The notes beneath the pieces are model-generated. The model ran no database searches. It worked only from the letters and a program-made list of their open reading frames with translations, and was not told the DNA's origin. Shown in pieces: positions 58,923 through 64,000 of a stretch of DNA of 64,000 bases. Position 1 is the stretch's first letter. The number at the start of each line of letters is the position of its first letter. The stretch is taken from positions 5,643 to 69,642 of the forward strand of contig JBOIDR010000007.1 in the NCBI GenBank assembly GCA_050740695.1, written 5' to 3'. The stretch is from Gammaproteobacteria bacterium (GTDB lineage: Bacteria; Pseudomonadota; Gammaproteobacteria; JACCXJ01). The translations under genes and the position numbers were made by a program.

Positions 58923-60044
58923 ATGCCGGCCGCCGGGGTCCATGACGATGCACGGATCGGGCGGGAAGGGTCGTGCTGGGCCCCGTCGCTCGCGATCGTC
59001 CTCGGCGATGGGGATCCACCCGCTCCCGCGAGCGGCAAGGTGCTCGCGGAGATCCGCTACGGTGCGAGCAACGGGCGCAACGCAGCGGCCTCGCACCCGC
59101 TCATCGAGCTCGACCTTCCCCTGCTCGCCGGATCACTGGTAACGGAGCGCTGGACTACGAGCGCTCCGGTGACCTACCTTCACAAGACCTCCCTCGACAC
59201 GGGCGGCCACACAGGCGGGATGCGGCTGGCAATGAACGGCGATGTCCTGTTCGGTCATCTCCCCGCGATCGAATCGCCGGGAGATCCCCTGGACGGGCTG
59301 GTTTATCGGAGCTACCAGGCCATCCTGGGCGAGACCCGGGCGCTCGGCTATCCGCACCTCTTGCGGGTGTGGAATTACTTTCCCGGCATCAACCGGGCAG
59401 AGGCCGGTCTGGAGCGCTATCAGCAGTTCTGTCTGGGCCGCTACCGGGCCTTCGCCGAACTGTCATCGGACTTGCGGCGATCGGACTTCCGTCGCCACCT
59501 CCCGGCGGCCACCGCCATCGGCACGCGCTCCGGTCCTCTGCAGATCTATTTCCTGGCCGGCAAGGCCCGCGGACTGCACCTCGAGAACCCGCGCCAGGTG
59601 AGCGCCTACAAATATCCGCCCCTCTATGGCCCACGCAGCCCATCCTTCGCGCGCGCCACCTTGTACGACGCGGGGCACGAGCAACACCTGTTCATCGCGG
59701 GGACATCCAGCATCGTTGGGCACGCCAGCCAGCACCCCGGCAACCCCTACCGCCAGGCCGTCGAGATCCTGCGCAACATCGAAACCGTGATCGCCACCGC
59801 CCGCTCGCTCCGCGACGGCGCGGGCCGTCCTATCGGTCTCACGGCCCAGGAGACGCAGGCCCTGCTCAAGGTCTATGTCCGCCACGCCGAGGATTTTTCC
59901 CTCGTGCAAACGGCCTTCGACGAACACCTGAGGTTTCCGGCCCGCTGCCTCTACCTAGGCGGCGCCATCTGCCGCGCCAACCTCTTAGTCGAGGCCGAGG
60001 CCGTGATCGGGGACGGAGAAGCTCGCGAGCCTCCTCCCGCCTGA
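58923..60044 (+). CDS. Chorismatase, FkbO/Hyg5/XanB2 family
   Basis: 373 aa from the ATG at 58923, in the frame of track ORF 57687..60044. It reads …LLRVWNYFPGIN…ERYQQFCLGRY.AF…PAATAIGT…SPSFARAT…FIAGTSSIVGH…. Confidence 0.75.
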   Translation: MPAAGVHDDARIGREGSCWAPSLAIVLGDGDPPAPASGKVLAEIRYGASNGRNAAASHPLIELDLPLLAGSLVTERWTTSAPVTYLHKTSLDTGGHTGGMRLAMNGDVLFGHLPAIESPGDPLDGLVYRSYQAILGETRALGYPHLLRVWNYFPGINRAEAGLERYQQFCLGRYRAFAELSSDLRRSDFRRHLPAATAIGTRSGPLQIYFLAGKARGLHLENPRQVSAYKYPPLYGPRSPSFARATLYDAGHEQHLFIAGTSSIVGHASQHPGNPYRQAVEILRNIETVIATARSLRDGAGRPIGLTAQETQALLKVYVRHAEDFSLVQTAFDEHLRFPARCLYLGGAICRANLLVEAEAVIGDGEAREPPPA

Positions 60045-60135
60045 AGTTAAGAAACCGCCTTTTTCGACGACGTAGACGCAGCCGTGCGGCTGGATCCGCA
60101 CTACCGGTATATCACCCATTCCTGAAGGAACCGTC

Positions 60136-61764
60136 ATGAACAGCAACGCCGCCGAGCTCACCACGATAGTCGATTACGCCGTCCTCGACACCCGTCTGGA
60201 TGGCCGCCGCGAGGAGGTCCCGGCCCCGATCCGCCTCACCAAGCACTATTCGCTGCGCGGCGAGGTCGGCGCCGGGGGTGTCGGGCGCGTGCTCCTCGGC
60301 TTCGACGAACGCATCGGCCGCGAGGTCGCCATCAAGGAGATGCACGCGGACCCCGAGTTGATGGACCCACGCGTCTACGCGCGCTTCGTCCGCGAGGCCC
60401 AGATCACGGGCCGCCTGGAGCATCCCGGCATCGTTCCCGTCTACGATCTGGGGGCCACCTCCAAAGGGTCCCCATACTATGTGATGCGCCTGGTACGCGG
60501 CGACACTCTGTCCAAGGCCCTGGCGGCCTGCATCGCCGGCCGTCCCGAGGCCGGGCTGGCCAAACGACTGCAGCTCGTCGGCACCTTCATCGATATCTGC
60601 GAAGCCGTGGCCTACGCCCATTCCAGGGGCGTGGTCCACCGCGATCTCAAGCCCGGCAACGTCGTCTTGGGGGCCTTCGGTGAAACCATCCTCCTCGATT
60701 GGGGGCTCGCCAAGATCGCGGCCGAGGCCGATACGGCGGCCGCCGGCACCGTGCACCTCGCCGACGAGAGGCCCGCCGATCTGACCCGCCAAGGCGCCAT
60801 CATGGGCACGCCCGCCTACATGGCACCCGAGCAGCTCGATCCCAGATTCGGGGACATCGATCCGCGTACGGATGTCTTCGCACTCGGCTGTATCCTTTAC
60901 CAGATCTTGGTCGGTCACGCGCCGCTCGCCGGCGACGTCTGCACCATTCTGGGGGCGCTCGGCTCGCCCGAGCCCATGCCCTCCGCCCGCGAGGCGCCGG
61001 CGCCGGTGCCGCCCGAACTCGTCGCCATCTGCGACAAGGCCATGAGGAAAGACCAAGCCTTGCGATATCGGGATGCCGGCGAGCTGGCCGCCGAGCTGCG
61101 CGCCTATCGCGACGGAAGGCTGGTCAGCACCTATGCCTATTCGCGCGCCGAGCCCCTGCGCCGCTCGTTCGCCCGCAACAAGACGGCGGTCATCGCCGGC
61201 GCCGTCGCCATCGTCGCTGTCCTCATCGGCGCCGGCCTCGCCGTCGATTTCGGCCGTGACGCGCACCTAGCCCGGCGCGCTGCCGAAGCGGCCGAGCGTT
61301 CGGCAGGGGCCGCCCATGCGCGCGCCCACTCGGCGCTCGACAACATCACGCGTATCGCCGACCAAAACCTGCTGCAAGCCGGTACCCTAGCCAGGACACT
61401 GACCGCGGCGCTGGCCAAGAGTCCCTCCGGGACCGGGCTGTCGCCGCGATTCTTCGCGGACCTGCTGCCTCGGGACAGCGATGCCGTGGCGCGCGCCGTT
61501 TGGATCATCGACAGCGAAGGCCGGCTCGTCCACGGTCCCGACGCCGGCGAAATCGGCCGCAACTTCTTCCGTGACGAGCGCTACACGGCGGTCCCGACGC
61601 TCCACCAACTGGCCAAGGAGGTCCGGGACCAAGACGCCGGCATCGGCTTCTACGAATACCCCACGACCAACGGCGACGTCTCCTACCATATCGCGACCTG
61701 GCAGGAGGCCGAGATCGAAAACGGCCGTCCGTGGAAGGTCGCGGTGGTCGAGGTCTGGAAGTAG
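60136..61764 (+). CDS. Ser/Thr protein kinase with one TM helix and a C-terminal extracytoplasmic Cache-like domain
   Basis: Hanks motifs VAIKE, HRDLKPGNVVL, DWGLAK and GTPAYMAPE. The TM helix is AVIAGAVAIVAVLIGAGLAV. The C-terminal domain reads …VWIIDSEGRLVHGPDAGEIGRNFF…. Confidence 0.88.
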   Translation: MNSNAAELTTIVDYAVLDTRLDGRREEVPAPIRLTKHYSLRGEVGAGGVGRVLLGFDERIGREVAIKEMHADPELMDPRVYARFVREAQITGRLEHPGIVPVYDLGATSKGSPYYVMRLVRGDTLSKALAACIAGRPEAGLAKRLQLVGTFIDICEAVAYAHSRGVVHRDLKPGNVVLGAFGETILLDWGLAKIAAEADTAAAGTVHLADERPADLTRQGAIMGTPAYMAPEQLDPRFGDIDPRTDVFALGCILYQILVGHAPLAGDVCTILGALGSPEPMPSAREAPAPVPPELVAICDKAMRKDQALRYRDAGELAAELRAYRDGRLVSTYAYSRAEPLRRSFARNKTAVIAGAVAIVAVLIGAGLAVDFGRDAHLARRAAEAAERSAGAAHARAHSALDNITRIADQNLLQAGTLARTLTAALAKSPSGTGLSPRFFADLLPRDSDAVARAVWIIDSEGRLVHGPDAGEIGRNFFRDERYTAVPTLHQLAKEVRDQDAGIGFYEYPTTNGDVSYHIATWQEAEIENGRPWKVAVVEVWK

Positions 61765-61816
61765 AGCCTCGCCCCTTCCAGAAACCACTACCGTGGATTG
61801 AGCGACCTGGCTTCGG

Positions 61817-61975
61817 CTAGATCCGGCCCGAGAGCAGCATGATGAGCACGACGAGCAGCACCACGCCCAATAAACCGCTCGGGCCGTAGCCCCATGTGCT
61901 GCTGTGCGGCCAAGTGGGGACCGCGCCGATCAGAAGCACAATTAACACGATTAGCAGTATAGTTCCTAATGACAT
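61817..61975 (-). CDS. DUF3309-type small membrane protein (52 aa)
   Basis: MSLGTILLIVLIVLLIGAVPTWPHSSTWGYGPSGLLGVVLLVVLIMLLSGRI. The ATG is at 61975, inside track ORF 61817..62113. Confidence 0.7.
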   Translation of the reverse strand: MSLGTILLIVLIVLLIGAVPTWPHSSTWGYGPSGLLGVVLLVVLIMLLSGRI

Positions 61976-62049
61976 CGCCTTATTTTCTCCGAGCTCAATG
62001 TCCCGGAATGGGCGTCCGATGACCAGTAATGCAAGTCTCCTATCAGTTG

Positions 62050-62217
62050 TCAATTGCATCCCCGCAGGAGGAAGATCACGAGCAGGATTGGAATTGGTAC
62101 ACCCACGAGCCACAAGAGAAGGTAACCCATCTTCCCTTCCTGCATTTTCATCGTCGTGGAGTGCTTGTGAAGCACTCGGCTCACGTGCCGATATTCGGTG
62201 CCTGTCTTGTCTCTCAT
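62050..62217 (-). CDS. Small protein with a C-terminal TM helix (55 aa)
   Basis: AGGAGA Shine-Dalgarno 5 nt before ATG 62217. It reads MRDKTGTEYRHVSRVLHKHSTTMKMQEGKMGYLLLWLVGVPIPILLVIFLLRGCN. Confidence 0.5.
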   Translation of the reverse strand: MRDKTGTEYRHVSRVLHKHSTTMKMQEGKMGYLLLWLVGVPIPILLVIFLLRGCN

Positions 62218-62228
62218 AATCATCTCCT

Positions 62229-62372
62229 CTAAGAGGAAACCTTCTTCATCTCCGTGCCGCAACAACAGCGCGGAGGCTCCTTGCCGCCACCACCCGGTTT
62301 CGGGCCTTGTGTCACCTTCATTTCACAGCCGCAACCGGGATTCATGCACCGATACGTATTGCCTGTCTCCAT
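62229..62372 (-). CDS. Cys-rich 47-aa protein (7 Cys), not in the ORF track
   Basis: GGAGGG Shine-Dalgarno 5 nt before ATG 62372. It reads METGNTYRCMNPGCGCEMKVTQGPKPGGGGKEPPRCCCGTEMKKVSS*. Confidence 0.55.
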   Translation of the reverse strand: METGNTYRCMNPGCGCEMKVTQGPKPGGGGKEPPRCCCGTEMKKVSS

Positions 62373-62492
62373 CGTTACCCTCCAGATCCTCACTGCTCGG
62401 CGCTGCTCAATGGCCGTGCCGTGCTTTGTATGCCAGCATCAACGGTCTCGCTGGGCAGCTTCGATTATCCTTCCCCGATTATCCTTCCGTAG

Positions 62493-62690
62493 TTACAGCC
62501 GTCGTATCCAGCCGTCAGCCTCTTCCTCGGCCTTTTCCTTCGTATAACCGTACTTGGCCTGCAAGCGGCCAACGAGCTCCTCGCGCTTACCATCGATAAT
62601 GTCGAGCTCGTCATCAGTAAGATCGCCCCACATCTGCTGGGCTTTGCCTTTTACTTGCTTCCAACTACCCTTGACTTGATCCCAGTTCAT
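62493..62690 (-). CDS. CsbD-family stress-response protein
   Basis: 65 aa, MNWDQVKGSWKQVKGKAQQMWGDLTDDELDIIDGKREELVGRLQAKYGYTKEKAE…. AGGAGG Shine-Dalgarno upstream. Confidence 0.88.
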   Translation of the reverse strand: MNWDQVKGSWKQVKGKAQQMWGDLTDDELDIIDGKREELVGRLQAKYGYTKEKAEEEADGWIRRL

Positions 62691-62956
62691 CGTTCATTCC
62701 TCCTATTCTTTCGGAAAAAAGTATCGTCGGGCCGCGCATGTCTCTGACTGCGGGCACCCCAGGGGGGGCAAGCTGCGTGCCGGGACCGCCTCAGAAACTT
62801 ATTGCGTTTTATTTTAACAAGTTAGGCTCAGGCGTCAGCAAACTGCCGGATACGCCGACCAAGGGTATCGGTAGAATCTTCTAGGTCACCATGTAAGTTT
62901 AGCCCCTTAGGCAGAAGATCTCGAAAAGCCCATGCAACTCGAATCTACGGGAAATC

Positions 62957-63466
62957 TTGGCTCCTATAGAACGGCGTTTGGACGGGTCAGGCGAGTGCAC
63001 CTTTGTAAAAATTCCGGCTCGCTTTGTGGCAGGCCGAAGGGAGTCGGCACTGGAAGTAGAGGGGCATCCTCGGGCCGATCGCCGGTCGATGTGCTCCGGG
63101 GGCGAGCGGAGCAGGCCGGGTTACGATCGGTTTGCGGCCCGGCGCTTCGGGCTCGTCCCGCTTTGGGGGATGAAGGGCCCGGGTCTATGCGCCGCGCCGG
63201 GTGAGTAGTTCGGGTCGGGCCTGCGGGACACCGGTGTAGGAGATGCCGTGGGCGGACGGCAAATATTCCGGGTGACCCAGGCCTACGCGTGGTTGGCGAG
63301 CTGGGCGAAGCGGCTGTCCTGGAAGGAGGTAGCGGTCTTCTCAGCAGCTGGCAGGTGGTCTTCGTTGCGGTCGAGATGGCGGTGGCCCAGGGCCGAGAGC
63401 ACGGTCGGGGATCGAGTCTCCTGTATCGACGAGTCGCCTGGGGGCGGGGCTATCGGTAGCTGACGG
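62957..63466 (+). mobile_element. Heavily degraded N-terminal part of an ISL3-family transposase gene
   Basis: Pieces in shifting frames: …RPGYDRFAARRFGLVPLWGMK…, VYAPRRVSSSGRACGTPV*EMPWADGK, …FRVTQAYAWLASWAKRLSWKEVA…, SSWQVVFVAVEMAVAQGREH, …CIDE. There are at least 4 frameshifts and one in-frame stop. It is cut off near 63466. Confidence 0.6.
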
Positions 63467-63555
63467 TGGTTAGCGTTATGCCTCTTCGGTCAGCGCCTTC
63501 ACTTCGGCAATCGCGCGTTCAAGCAATTCGCTCATATTACCCTCGTCACGCGGAC

Positions 63556-63888
63556 TCACGCCGCGAGTTGCTCCATCTCCGGCTTGTACTGTCCGAGGCT
63601 CGCGAGGCCGTTGCACTTGGACCGGTGATAGAGGGCCTTCTGGGCTGTGACGACGTTGGCCGCTTTGCCTGACCACGTCTTGAGCGCGGGGTCCTGCAAG
63701 GCCCGCCCGTAGGAGAAGCTGAGCGGCCAGGGAAGCGCGCCCATTCCGTTCATGGCGTTCAGGTGCGCGGTGGCGGGCTCGGCCTTCTGGCCGCCCGACA
63801 GGAACACGATGCCCGCGACGGCGGCGGGTACGCTATTCCGCAGGCAGCGCACGGTCTCTTCGGCCACCTCGGCCACGCCGTTCTGCAC
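63556..63888 (-). pseudogene. C-terminal ~110 codons of a class I fructose-bisphosphate aldolase
   Basis: …[28 protein letters not shown]…[26 protein letters not shown]…. Upstream of 63888 the expected …KPxMVTPGAE… segment appears only in another frame, so the gene is frameshifted or truncated. The window ends at 64000. Confidence 0.55.
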
Positions 63889-64000
63889 CGGGTGTTGACG
63901 GGGTTGTAAAAGCGCGTGATTTTGGTGGTAAGTGCGGGTGCGATCGGTTGGGTCGAGGGCGCGATGTCAGAGCGGCGGCGATGTGAGAGGCACGTGGGTC

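Noticed and set aside
63476-63535. 19-codon ORF MSELLERAIAEVKALTEEA with an antitoxin-like N-terminus
   Set aside because: It is truncated at the ISL3 junction and is too short to support a call.

Overview
High-GC chromosome segment with gammaproteobacterial gene order. Positions 1-31.5 kb are all on the minus strand. They hold the ribosomal/transcription super-cluster in canonical order read right to left: tRNA-Tyr/Gly/Thr-tufB, tRNA-Trp-secE-nusG-rplK-rplA-rplJ-rplL-rpoB-rpoC, rpsL-rpsG-fusA-tufA, the S10 operon, the spc operon, rpmJ, rpsM and the first codons of rpsK. From 31.5 to 40.6 kb lie tsaC, purE, topA, dprA and a LysM/TsaP-like gene (minus), then def-fmt-rsmB (plus). From 40.6 to 44.7 kb there is a visibly AT-richer accessory island. 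It carries an FkbM-type methyltransferase, a minus-strand cassette of unrecognisable small ORFs ending in a TPR protein, and a three-frame gene wreck. From 44.7 to 55.1 kb lie a zinc-ribbon/DUF3426 gene, fis, purH, purD, porin-glnK-amtB, a CDGSH gene, a cNMP-binding/rhodanese gene and aroE. From 55.1 to 64 kb the region is patchy. It holds disrupted GNAT and cupin genes, a flavin-halogenase plus FkbO/XanB2-type chorismatase pair, a Ser/Thr kinase with an extracytoplasmic sensor domain, four small stress-type proteins (one is a 47-aa Cys-rich ORF missing from the track), an ISL3 transposase wreck and an aldolase fragment. I saw no rRNA and no CRISPR array. The items most worth a second look are: (1) a ~1.55 kb vapBC islet inserted between rpoC and rpsL, bounded by diverged direct copies of the rpoC 3' end; (2) the unrecognisable cassette in the 40.6-44.7 kb island; (3) a ~150-bp palindromic MITE-like element inside the spc operon; (4) the orphan halogenase/chorismatase pair; (5) two repeat families that expand spacers of the ribosomal super-operon. 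All functional calls rest on reading the translations by eye and on gene order. No database search was possible.
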